A stretch of 64,000 nt of DNA from Antedon mediterranea (lineage: Eukaryota; Animalia; Echinodermata): positions 3,812,201 through 3,876,200 of the forward strand of contig NC_092679.1 of NCBI RefSeq assembly GCF_964355755.1, given 5' to 3'. Below, piece after piece: positions 13,914-27,122 of the stretch (its first letter is position 1; each line of letters opens with the position of its first letter). The notes under the pieces are model-generated. The model saw nothing but the letters and a program-made list of their open reading frames with translations, was not told the DNA's origin and did no database searches. Made by a program: the position numbers and the translations under genes.

Positions 13914-14587
13914 TAAAACTTAAAAGGCACCGCCTGATACCTACTGCACTAACTTTTATGTACAGTATTCCTGCTAATTTAAATAAAATATGTAATTTAT
14001 GCTCACGACCAAGCTATTTACTGAACATTTACTGAGAATACAGCATTTTTTAGCTTCTTTGATTAAATCATAAGCTCTGATACACATGAATGGAGATATC
14101 AATAATAATCAATGTAATTAATGACAAACCACTTAAGATAAATTAACAGCTTAATTCTAAATATTGAGGTTGTTTATTTTGATTTATCACTTGAATAGAA
14201 TTAACTCACAAAATATCAATATAATAAATCGTAACATAATTATTAAATATTAATTAATTATTAAAGTACAAGAACATTTCAAATGTTTTATTAAAATTTA
14301 ATTTTTAAGCAATATATAATTTTTAAATAGCAATTATTACGTTTCTTACAAATGCTTTACTTTATGTATAATCCAATGTGTTAATATAATCCCACTAACC
14401 CCATGCTAAATTTGACAAATTAAACATTGTTAATGCTTGCATTCTTCCTCCCCTGTAACACTGCCCTTCCAATATATCACCTCCTACTGTATATACCGGT
14501 ATATAAAAAAAAAAATCTTAGATCACACAGACAAATGGTACTGTTACTACAGTATATCACTAGTTTTGTCATTAAGGAACAGTTTAA

Positions 14588-14717
14588 AGCTCTGTCTACA
14601 CTAGTTTGACAAAACAAATGTGATGTGCCCAAATATGGTAGTGATATGACATCATTGTGTCCATGGGCACATCACATTTTCTTGTCACATAAAGTTTGAT
14701 AATGTAGACACAGAGCT
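14588..14717. mobile_element. Harbinger-type MITE family A
   Basis: TAA|AGCTCTGTCTACAC...GTAGACACAGAGCT|TAA. Confidence 0.85.
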
Positions 14718-15572
14718 TAAGATTGAATAGAATCTCAATATTGATTGAATTACTATGCAATGTTGCCGCTTCGCTAGCCTAATCAACTTTCTACTTAAAC
14801 AATTGTCCAGCGTAAGCGTTTCCACCTGCTTGAGCTATTGATTCTCCGTTATGACATTAACCGCCGCAAAAGTCAAACAACAAGTTACGAATGTGCTCAA
14901 CATTGCTGAATGACCAGATTTGGGTTAAGATTTACGTAAAGCTAAATAATTTCTCAAGGAGACCCATCCTGCCAGGCCCCACCCATTTAGAAATTTACTA
15001 TATATAACAGATAGGACATTAATCACGTTAATTCACATTTATTAGTTTCTATGGTAAAGCAATACAATAACAGCAATACAAGTAACAGAACAATAAAACA
15101 TTAAATATAGGCTTATTTCAGATGGTGATTTCTAACTACTGTGTATACCTTATTGACATTTAATATCTCCAACCAGCTTGAGTAGTACTCTACTCTACCA
15201 GAGTATCAACCATATTTATAACATTTTGAAGCACATAACCATTCTACCATCTGCTATGTTACTAGGACATACTTATGACAAATGTTTAAATAATTATGTG
15301 TACAGTACTACTAACCATATTGTTTCTACAACAACCAATGTGTATTCATTAGCCCTTGACAAATGAGGTTCCGTTTTGGTTGGTTTTTGCTTTCAATTGC
15401 TTTAAAACACATTGAACAAAAAAATAATGTTGTGAAGCATAGAATAGAAGGAGAAGAATAAATGCCAGTCAGATAATTAATGTTTAGGCCTATATGGTGA
15501 TACAGTATACTGTACGCTGACTCAATGTTGTCATAAGGACGTATACTAGACTGTACAATATACCATAGAGTA

Positions 15573-15795
15573 CAAACTAGTTTAACAAAAAAATTGTGTG
15601 GTAGTGATATGCTTACAAATATGGTAGTGATATGCTTACAAATATGGTAGTAATATGCTTACAAATATGGTAGTAATATGCTTAAATATGGTAGTGATGT
15701 TTAAATATGGTAGTGATATGACATCATCATGTCCATATGGCATACAATATCACATGTTTGTCACATATGATAAAGTTTGATAACTGTGTAGCTTA
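15573..15795. mobile_element. MITE family A, degenerate, with expanded internal ~21-bp repeat
   Basis: caaactagttt...(acaaatatggtagtgatatgctt)n...taaagtttgata. Confidence 0.7.
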
Positions 15796-16332
15796 AGAGC
15801 ATGAAGGCCTACAGTACATGTGTAACTGTGGAATACCCTTGAGAGCTAAATTAAGTATGCCTTGGTTTTCTAAAGTACTAATGAAGTCATTAATCTTGGT
15901 AGGATCAGAGTAGAATTATGAAAACTCATACTAGAAAGTGTAGTTTGACATTGTTTACTCAATGACCAGGTGATGAGAGTATGTTACACATGTGAACATC
16001 AAGGAGACTCACTCATCTGGAATTGTATAGGAAATGTGATGCGATTAATCATAACAAGGCATACATAGTCATCAATATTAATTCTTCATCTCAGTGGGCT
16101 GCGTGGGTAGCGAACTGTGTGAGGTTGGTAGTACTGTGTGAGGTGGGTGGTATAATAATTTCCTGGGGGAAAATACTGATCTACTATCTCAATGTAGCCT
16201 AAAATAGGTTACATGCATGCATCCTCATTGTCAGATTTGTTATTAGTTTTCCCATTCTCTATTGTCTCCATTTGTATACCATTCTCCTTCTTTTTATGTG
16301 AACATTGTTATTCATACAGTACTACTATAGTA

Positions 16333-16380
16333 TTCTCACTCCTGAGGACGATCAAAGTATATTGATCGAAACGTTGAGAA
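16333..16380 (+). ncRNA. Minimal type I hammerhead ribozyme motif (Penelope-like element remnant)
   Basis: TTCTCA-ctc-CTGAGGA-c-GATCAA agtata TTGATC-GAAACGT-TGAGAA: CUGANGA box, 6-bp stem II, GAAA box, palindromic AACGTT, flanking stem I. Confidence 0.7.
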
Positions 16381-16512
16381 ACTCAACAGTGCTTTTCAGA
16401 ACTATTATACACATGGTGTACCGCAAACTTTATTATCAACACATACTCTATTATATTACATGAATTCTTACAGAAAGATCCATTTTCAATATGCCACAAA
16501 TGCTCAAACTAA

Positions 16513-16667
16513 AGCTCTGTCTACACTATTAAACCTTATGTGACATGTGATGTGGTCATATACAGTTTGAACATGATGTCATATCACTACATTTAAGAAT
16601 ATCACTACCATATTTGGGCACATCACAGTTTTTTTTGTCAAACTAGTTTGATAGTGTAGACAGAACT
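16513..16667. mobile_element. Harbinger-type MITE family A (reverse orientation)
   Basis: TAA|AGCTCTGTCTACACTA...TAGTGTAGACAGAACT|TAA. Confidence 0.85.
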
Positions 16668-19600
16668 TAACACAAATAAAGACAATAAGAAGAATTAAGG
16701 TAGAAGACTGGAAGCTACCAACACCTACCACATTTTAACCGCAACAATAATCATATCAACCATAGTTATAAACAACAGAAACCACACAGGAAGGATAAGG
16801 AGTAGGGTTTAGGATAGAGAATGCATCCTTTATAGTACTTTCTATTGACACGGTATAGTTATTGTATCTTCCCAAGTACCTACTGTATACTACTGCAGAA
16901 ACCACAAAATGAGTGACCCTTTTCTAATAACTACTGTACCCTAAAACAGTTTACTGCAGTTTTACAAAGAATATTCGTTTACTACGTAACATCCAATAAC
17001 TAACCACAAAAATTAAACATTTTAAACTTTGTCAAAATACTGTAATCTTCAATATAAAATTACATTAAATACTAATTACTATAGTAGGCCTATGTGTTGC
17101 AGCCAAATACTGTATAGTGACGACTGCACTTTGGTTATTGTTTTAATTTGGAAAACACATTTTAAAAAATATATTTATATTTGGTATTTCTATAACCTTT
17201 TGTTTTGCCTTACAAAACTACCAAAAAAAAGCTCATTTGACTGATCCATCACATGTTATTATTCAAACATTACATTGTATACAAAATACAAACAATTGAA
17301 AAGTTGTTTTTTCTCTAGCAGAAGAATAAGTTCTCATGGTAGTTTTACAAGAGTCAATGTACTTGCAGATGTATGCCCCTTTTAATTGTACAGATGGTGT
17401 GTGATGTAACAAGACCCACGTTTTCCCCTAGGGCCATGCATTCATAAGATTAATTTCAACAAGGGTTAAGCCCATTATTTAATCTTTGTACAATACCTTC
17501 ACAAAAATCTATGTGTTAAATCTTGTATACAAATTCTTAACACATAATGATTGAGTGCTTATTGATTAAAAGAATTTATTGCTGTTTTACAACAGAGAAA
17601 CAAGTTGTTTAATGTTCAACAATCATTCTGTTATGGACTAGGCTGTACTGTATGTATGTATACATGCTTAATTCACCACAAAAAAAACCCATACAGAATA
17701 TAATTCATTGACTACAAAGTATGTACAGTACTCTCCCACGGTTTAAGATAAGTTGCGAACAATTCTGTGAAAGTTATCTGTACTGAGCTATATTTAGACA
17801 TAAATAAAGGATTATTCATAAGATGAATCATATCTCATATTATTTGCATAAAATACTTAAATTAGAAATTCATCTGTATAACTCAAAAAATTGAACTTTA
17901 ACAAGATTTGTTAGCATACAGCAGTACATTCAAAACTAAAACATTTGGAATATATCAGTCTTTTTAAACATGTTTTTATTCAATACTATATTCAGAGGCA
18001 CCTCACAAGGCACAGCCTCAGTCTTGAGGAACTTCTGCAACATAAAACAAATATGAGCTTAGCAAGAGAAGGTGGAAATATATAATTATAACAATATATA
18101 TTATATATAACATCTTTTGGAATCAACCATATATTACCGAACACAGTTAAAATAAAATGATATTTTGCTTATTTGAAATGGTAGTTGATCCAAAAATTAA
18201 AATATTACATAAAAGTTGTCTTTCTATTAATAGCAATTATATTCAATATATCTTTTTTTTTTATTCAAGTTTCTTGAGAAATAAATGTATTCTATTTGTG
18301 ACTGTTGACTCACCATAATTCTTGAAATCTCAAGCAATAATCTTGTCATCTTGATAATGCTTGCAATGTAGCAATGCCATTTTTATTTCCTTTTATCATC
18401 CAGAAAAATTTTTACGATTGTTAATCCCGTCTATTTTGCTACGTGCGCATATTACTTACCGTACTATAATAACTACTTGCATCTTTTTTTTAATTTGAAA
18501 ATCACATCAAGTAGAGTCATACATAATAACAATGACTAAAAGTGTTTGTGACAAATGGATTTCATATGTCACCAATGTAAAGAGATTTTTCTCTATTAAT
18601 TATTAAATATTGGTATTATTAATTAATAAAAATATTAAAACAGTCATAGCTTTCGCAAAGTATTGAGAATGAATATTGGTATATCATCTTATTTTTAATA
18701 ACAATAATTGTTTTTTCTATGAAATAATATTCCATTGATGACATCAAGATTAATATCTACAAAGGTCAAAGGTCATTTTATTCGTCCAGCTTACAGGATT
18801 AAATAGCTTTACTGTATAGGATTACCAATATTTTAAAGCATTATTATATTAATTATAAATATTGCAATTAACGAACTTCGGCTAATCAGATTTAGCTAAC
18901 AGCAGACTCGCATCGTCATCATTTTTGAAACCATGTCCAGAGTATCGTAAACTGTATACTTCATTTTCAGTTCTTGATATTAAAAACATATATAGTACAG
19001 TTTAAATAAAATTTTAAAATTAATTGCTGAAAACATGCAGAATTTCGTTCAGGGTTCCATTTCAGATAGATATTTTCTATCTACTTTAAAAGATGTATTT
19101 AGGTTAATAAGCACCATGTCTCATATACAATTTAATTTTCATGATACTTGATATGTTTCTTTTATTTACATATCATCATTTGGAATGTATAAAATAGAAC
19201 AGAGTCAAGTCACTACAACTGAGAATGAAATCCCATCGCTAAGCAGCATCCTCATTTAAAATGCAACCCAGGAGGTGATTACCACAAGCTCAAACTCATT
19301 TTTACTCAGGCTAGGTTTTCAACACAACATATACTGCCTATTTAGGATGTGTAATAGGAAAACGGAATGCATGCCTGGGGCTTGAATAGCATTCCTTTAT
19401 AATCTGATCATATCTCTTCTTACAGGATATCGACTACCTTGACCCTGCCAATGAAATTACTACTTGAAGAGTCATGTGACCACAGAAAACTATAGTCTGC
19501 TGCTGAAACAGAGCATGAATCTTGATTTTGTTCAAAATGTAGTTAGGATTACCTATAGGTCAAATAAAACAACCTTTTACTAGGGTTTTGATCAATGAAT

Positions 19601-20426
19601 CCAAAATAACTGAACATTTAAAAAAATAAACTACTGTACTATTCTATTTTTAATACTAAAGGTTACAGTATCCGAGTCAAACTATTATAAATGAACCATA
19701 ATACATGCATTTATTATGGAACATTGATATTGTCATCTATAATGTTGATCATTTTTATGAATGCATGATCAATACAGCATTTAAACACTTAATTCATTAT
19801 GATGTTCTACTGTATTTAGAGTGGTTTGGCCTTGTTTTTAACCGAGATGTATTCGGACCATCAAATTGATGTTACTCATGGAAAGACCACTAACTCTAAC
19901 CCTCTAACACCAGCATTGAGAAAGCTCCGGTCTTCATTTTGATGCTCCAAAGATATCTGCTGAAACTTTTGCAGAACCTAGTCTGAAAAAATGCTGTATC
20001 TAACCTTTCGTCACCGACACTACTTACTAGAGTTACTGTTGTAACTATGCTCTATACAATGCTTACAGAAAGATGAACCGAATCATATTCAAGTTTCTGT
20101 AGTGTAAATCCGCAGTATGTATGAAAATTGAAAAAACTTTGATAGTTATTAGTAGTATCAAAAAGGCTACAAACTGGTTAGCCTACCTGTATGTAGACTA
20201 GAATTTAATGAACTATTGAACCCCAAAATACTACCAATACACCTGTCTGCAAAAGACAGTTATAGTTTGGACATCATTTTTAGAAATTTACCACCTGGCT
20301 TAAGGTGTGACATGTGTTACTATAAAAAATCACTGTTGTGCTAATAATTCTCAGGTGAAAATCTAGATGCAAGATTTGATGTGTTAAGATAGTAGAGGGA
20401 ATACTGTATATAGTATCTGCAACATA

Positions 20427-21069
20427 GACCCCATTTACACTTACGTTTGGGTCCAGGGCCGGTCCTGGGCCGGTTGCAAATATTTACCTTTTAGGCCGGC
20501 CCCAAAGCGTTTACACTAGCGACGCAGATTACTGGTCGTAAATAATTTTATCGGAAGTACCATTGCATGCTGGGATACGAAGTACAGTTTGTTTACATTT
20601 TTCTCTCTCGATCGTCAATTCAACTCTCCACGCGAACCGACCGTTTTATATTTATACTGTATTGTTGTTTTTTGTCCCATTAAAAACAAAATGAACCCCA
20701 CTGTTTTATTTATAATATGGCTATATTTTATGTATATGCGAAACAAGCGGAGGAATACTTTATTGAAAGAAGATGTCGGAAAATAAATTTAACTATATTA
20801 ATGAAGAAAACAAATTGTCGCCCGAAAAGGAGGAAGGTACGGTATGTACTGAGAATGTCGGATCGTCATAACAACAACCTCATAAAAAGGTCAAACGTTG
20901 TTCACGGTTCACTGCGTAAGCCGGCCCAAACGTAAAAGCCGCTCCTGAACCTACCTGGAGAGGTGGCCCAGATCTGCGTCCGGCCCAGGGCCGGCCTAAC
21001 TTTTTGGAGTATTTACACTTATCAATTGCCGACCCAGGGCCGGCCTAAAACGTAAGTGTAAATGGGGTC
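20427..21069. mobile_element. Non-autonomous PIF/Harbinger-like transposon
   Basis: Perfect 22-bp TIR GACCCCATTTACACTTACGTTT / AAACGTAAGTGTAAATGGGGTC, 3-bp TSD ATA, subterminal CCAGGGCCGG repeats. Confidence 0.85.
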
Positions 21070-21597
21070 ATAGTAGTACCCTGTAGTAATTATTGACATT
21101 GGAAAATCCATTTACTACTACAATCCCAAACATAATCTTATTTCTTGGATGGGTGACTAATGACCCAATCAGAAGTACACCAGTCTACTACATATGACAG
21201 TTTCACTTTGATGGTCACCTCTTGATTGTTGGCACCTGGCAAAAATGTGTCAAAACACAAAAGATCTAGGCTATCTTTTATTTTGGTATACTAAACTGGT
21301 GATAAAATAGGTTGAGGTACTTTTTATTTAGAACTCCCTGAGTTTTTATGACCAAGAATGTCCGTTGGTACAGCAATTGTAATTTTAGTTTGGGATATTA
21401 ACAATCATTACAATTTAAAACCTGCCATACAGTACCATAACTACCTACCAACTATATACAGTAGTATTGTGTACATGCCTGCCAAACATTAGACGACCCA
21501 AACATAGCAATCCTTACAAATAAAATTGTAGAACACAGTGATACAAGTTTTACAAATGTTTACTTACAGTATTGTCAATAACCTACAGTAGGTATTA

Positions 21598-21723
21598 ATC
21601 TCTGTCTACACAATCAAATTCAAACTAGTTTGACAAAAAAAAATGTGATATGGTAGTAGTGATATGACATCATGTCCATCACATTTGTTTGTCACATAAT
21701 GTTTCGATAGTGTAGACAGAGCT
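21598..21723. mobile_element. Harbinger-type MITE family A
   Basis: TTA|ATCTCTGTCTACAC...GTGTAGACAGAGCT|TTA. Confidence 0.8.
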
Positions 21724-24121
21724 TTAGTTATGTACTGTACAGTATGCCATTAACTTACCCTAGAGTCACTTGACTTTTTAAAATAAAAATATAGGCACTA
21801 TTTCATCTGGGAAATGGTGGCCAAAAGGAATTTCAAGCAAAATGAGCAAGTATATGTTACCCCTGCCTTTTCCCCTTTTTTGCCTCTGATATAAGCAGAG
21901 CATTGATTTTTTAATGTTTTAAACCATTTGAAAGATAAAATAACCACATTATTTACACCACACATAGAATGTTAGAAAAGGTTCAAGTCTAATCTGCATC
22001 AAGCAGCCTCCAAGGGGTCCAAGTACAGCTGCTGTTAAGAGTAATGTTATCACTTTATGAGAACCCTGGGATGCGATTACGAGTACAATATTACTAACAA
22101 TCATCAGAAACATATCAAACCAATTCACATATTTTCTGCCTCAGAAAAGAAGAGGTTCTAGATGTGACCACCAGGTCAGAAACTGTGTTCAAATCAGAGT
22201 TTTGTTTTTCCTTGAATCTCTGGTGTCCGCAACTCCTTAACATTCTGAATGGATCTGCTTCCTTATCATATAGAATCTTTACAAGTTAGTTTTTCCCCCC
22301 AAAAAATGATATGAATGCATGCATGTGCTGTACTTTTAATTTACAACTAAGTTTTCCTTGTCAACAAGCTATAAATTTACATACTGGAAATTAGAGAAAT
22401 AGAAATGGTAAAGAGATACTAGAATTTGGGTTATATTTTTTATTTTTAACAATAAAGGTGGACACATACTGTACAAATGATGTATAATGAAAATTACTTT
22501 ATAGCTGTTACTGTTATATACTGTAACATACAGTAAAGTATACAGAAATAACTGTCAAGGAAAGAAGGGTGCAAAGATACCAACCAACGCTGGAAGAAAC
22601 TGTTTTGATGAAGTTGGGACACATACAGTACTTTACAAATGATGTAACTAAAAATGACTAACAGTTAACAAATACTACACCAATGAGGTGTCAAGGGAAG
22701 CTGGGGGAAACTGTGTTGATGATTAATAGATACATGATGAACATTCCTTCTTTACTAACTACTATACAGCTTCTCAGACAAACTGGCTACCAGTCCTAGA
22801 TATCAACACCCAATTTTTTGTAGTGTTTTCTACTCTAAGCATTTGAATTCTAAAGAAAACGTGTTGTACAAATAAGAAGAAATATTATTTATTCATACTC
22901 ATCATAGTTTTGTTTATCTTAACAGCATTGATGCCTTTAATACTTTCAGTTTTAATTTCTTAAATTTGATTGACATTACTTTATTTGTTTGACAAGTCTC
23001 TTGAAAGGTGCAGATAGGTCAAACTACATGACAGACTTCAAAACTGACAGGTACTGTACCATTATATATGGTTCTATACTTATTTAAACATAACTCATTG
23101 GCACTATTCTCATGCCTTAAAGTTTAAAAATAAAATGTAATAATATACAGGAATTTCAAGACTAAACTTCGGGGAAACAAAAGAAAAATGCTTTGACGTG
23201 CAGAACTATTAAATACATCCTATAATACTGGAAAACCAATAGATGCTCTCACCTAAGGTTCAATAGAAATTCCTAATTTTCGAGTTATATCTCAATTTTC
23301 GAGGAGAAAGGCTGTTGTCGGTTTATCCAAGTAAGCTAGGCACAAAATAGACAACATAACTCCAAATACAATTGGAAGGAATCAGTTTTATACTACCTGT
23401 AAAAACAGTAGACAATCTATATTTGAAAATTATTGATAAAATGGCATGCAGAATTAATTACACTTTATTTTTTATTTTATTTATTTATTCAAATTCTCAC
23501 AAAAATGTACAAACAAAGCAAGAAAAAGACAAAACATATAAAAAGAACAGAGTACATTCAGTGAAGGATGGGACCAACAGGTGGTAAACACCTCTTGGAC
23601 GGTCCAATCCCAAATTGCACAATGAGTAAAAAAGTTAAAAACATTATAATAAATATTTTAATATAATAGTAATTTATAAATTTGTATAATTTAAGATAAA
23701 ACTAAGTTGGTCGACATTTACAGCAGCGACAACAGGACAATAATGTAATTGTTAGAAAAAAAACCACAATAAATCAATGTATTCTCCCAGGAGACACAAA
23801 TATAATGTTAATGACCATAGAAGTTCACCTACAAACAAACAGCTTAATTAAAATAAAATGTGACCTGAATAACAACCTAATTGGGGATTATTTTACCAAA
23901 ACCATCCAGTTTATAGTAATCCCCTGAGGAACTTGATATGGTATTTCCCACCACATACAGCACTACTACCACAGATGACTGTTTAAATGGGAATAACTTA
24001 AAAAATGTCCAAAATTAGAAGAATTTGCTTTGTGTGTGGAAGCTGACAGAAAGCTACTGGGTAATTAAGACGTTCAAGGATAATTATCAATTTGGGAGAG
24101 TTTTCTGAAAAATATCTTTAA

Positions 24122-24967
24122 GGGCCTGTTTCTATAGAGCAGAGAATACGGTTTTGAATACCGTTCTTTTCAAGAACCGTTTTTTCTTGCCAGCAGAAAT
24201 GGGTCCCCACAAAAAACCACAAAAAAGAACCGATCTTAAAAACGGTTTCAAAAACCCCAATTGATTGCGGTCTCGATCGCAAAGAACCGTTCTGAAACCG
24301 GTTTCCGCGGAGCAATTTTTAGCTGCAACACAATCGCGGTCTCAATTTGACCCCAAAAACTGAACTCTGCAGTCTGCTGCACTGGGATGATTGCGGTCAT
24401 CTCGCAGTCAAACTCGCGCGATAGGACCTAGGCCTAAGTCATTTTTATTTCTCTAGATAGTGAGTATTTTATTTAACTAAAAAATGTTGACCGATGCCAT
24501 TACGAGGTTCGTAAAAAATATGTGAAGGAAAGAAGATGAGGGGACTTGTCGGGAGTCGGAAGAAAGACTCACGTATAGGCCTACATGTTTTTAAGAATAT
24601 TGTAAAGCGTGTGAAAAATAGACGAGTTCAACTTGACAATATCAGAGGGTGCGACGTACCTATACTTTAACCAAGGACCACAATAACGTTTCAGGTAATA
24701 ATTCCCCTTCTATGATGAAATGGATGCTATTTCTTGGGGATCGCGCTATGCGAAAAAAAGTAAACATGACCACGATCAAATCGGGCTTCCGCCTAACGAA
24801 CTGCATTGTGGTGTATATAATGACGTCATTCATAACGAACGCACATGGACGGAACCGGTTTTATTGGAGTAAAAATTGAGCTGCAACGCGATCTTTATTT
24901 ATAAACAACAGCCGAAACCGGTTTCCAAAAAACCGTTCTTTTTTTATTTTTCAATAGAAACAGGCCC
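24122..24967. mobile_element. Non-autonomous PIF/Harbinger-like transposon
   Basis: TAA|GGGCCTGTTTCTAT ... ATAGAAACAGGCCC|TAA; subterminal AACCGTT/AACCGGTT repeats; CpG-rich. Confidence 0.85.
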
Positions 24968-25995
24968 TAAAAGCTTTTCAATCTGTAGTCAGAATTTTAA
25001 TTACCATCCTGATATTTTATTGAGGGAACTCCTTTGATGAGTCATCAGTAATAATTGGTGAGGAATATTGCAGGCAGCTGATTGTCAAGGATTCCTATTG
25101 TTAACCTTTTTAGTAGAAAAATGAAATTTGTATTATTTAAAATACACATTCATATCATTATCAGAATGACCTCTTTGTTTGAAAAAAAAAAAATGTTTTG
25201 TTTAAAATAATTTTTGCTCCATAATTTTGTAACGCAAATTTTAATTGTGTTAAAAATAGAATTTATCAATTAAATGCACATAAGTATATTTACTGATCTG
25301 ACAGTAAAGCAACCAATTTAATTTTCTTAATATAAATATTTCATGGTGTCAGGTAATTGCAAAACTTCAGCAAACCTAAACATATAGCAAACCAACTAAA
25401 AAAGTGATTACCACCAGGATACGTTTGGGATGGCCTAAGTAATACTGTTAACTCTCTGGTAAATCTTTGAATGTGTAATGGGCCTACTGTGTAGAATAAG
25501 AATTATTTTTTTGGACCTCAAGAAAAGTCTACAGTAGGTTTACAGTCTGATATTGATATGGCGAACTGTACTATACTCCCTGTATGTGAGTCTGTCCTGT
25601 ATAATAATATATCAAACTTATAAATTAATTATATACAGTACACATTTTTTTTATCTTTGCTATAAATACTGTATGAATAATCTTTGAGGTCAACAACCAT
25701 ACATAAATGTCACTCCTTTACTGAAACCCAGGGTGGTTGTATGATGATGTCACTGCATTCCTGCTAAACTGCAATATTTACATCAATGAGTAAAAATCCC
25801 AACTTCCTGAAATGGAACCCAGTGCTAAATTCACCTGGCTAAGACCACAACATAAATCAAATCAAAATTCCATCTTGTTTACTCATTTTTCTGTAGAAAT
25901 ATTATTACATCAACCTTTAAGTGTGTTCAACAATGTAAGACTGTACACACATATTTGTTTCCATGGAACATTAGAATACGAACAAACAATACTAA

Positions 25996-26140
25996 AGCCT
26001 TGTCTACACTATCAAACATTTATGTGACAAAAAAATGTATGTGCTCATATTACTGTATCGATATGATGTCATATCACTACCATGTTTGGAAATATCACTA
26101 CTAAGTACTATATTTGATATACTGTAGTGTAGACAAGGCT
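25996..26140. mobile_element. MITE family A variant
   Basis: Both ends carry the variant TIR AGCCTTGTCTACACTA / TAGTGTAGACAAGGCT. Confidence 0.8.
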
Positions 26141-26649
26141 TTAGTCTCAGTTGACCTTCCTATCCCCTTTCTGAAAAAACCAACCTTATCCTGTACGTAG
26201 TACAGAACAACTATCTGTATTCAAAAATTTATCCTGGCTTTATATTTTGTTCATAATACTTCACACAGATAATATTATAAATTAGTATTTTAATTTAATA
26301 TTTTTAAGAAGTGTACTAAACTACAGTACTACCATGTAGCTGCTCCATGCTACTACTATTAAACTACAGTATTCAATGTGATCTCTACTACAGTAGAAAT
26401 ATTTGTTAATGTTACTGTAATTAATAACACTATAAAACAGAATAGGTATCCTTGTATAGTTTGTCAATCACATGATAAAAATATGGCTTAGTATTTTTAA
26501 CTGTTAAGGTTATAGTCAATAAATTATGAAAGAGAGGATATCACAAGGTCTTATCATACTAGCAACTACAAGGACAATGAAGAATCTGAAAAGTACTGCA
26601 CAGAGTATGTACAGTGTACAGTATGTACTGTACAGTACATACTGTATGG

Positions 26650-26810
26650 TATAATATAATACCACATTTATATAGCGACCTTTTCATGAGTAATCATGCT
26701 CAAAGGCGCTTTACAAGCATTATTATCCCAGTATTTTTTTGGGATCAAACACGTATGGAAACATACTCCCATAATGCAGCCGGTAACCAGGGCAAAGTTG
26801 TGTCTAGATC
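26650..26810 (-). mobile_element. 5'-truncated SINE (same family as 50108-50395)
   Basis: Reverse complement matches gacacaactttgc...gctgcattatgggagtat...tacgtgtttgatcc...agcg...gctatataa. Confidence 0.75.
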
Positions 26811-27122
26811 TACTGTACATGTATGTACTGTATGTACTGTACATGTATGTACTGTATGTACTGTACATGTATGTACTGTACATGTATGTACTGTACATGT
26901 ATGTACTGTACATGTATGTACTGTACATGTATGTACTGTACATGTATGTACTGTACATGTATGTACTGTACATGTATGTACTGTACATGTATGTACTGTA
27001 CAGTACATGTATGTACTGTACAGTACATGTATGTACTGTGCATGTATGTACTGTACGGTATGTACTGTACATGTATGTACTGTATGGTATGTACTGTATG
27101 GTATGTACTGTACAGTATGTAC
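26811..27122. repeat. 15-bp minisatellite TACTGTACATGTATG
   Basis: Direct tandem copies with variants; source of the repetitive ORFs in all frames at 26614-27289. Confidence 0.95.

Noticed and set aside
20589-20935. Transposase ORFs inside the 643-bp TIR element
   Set aside because: Too short and no DDE or Myb/SANT motif visible; non-autonomous.
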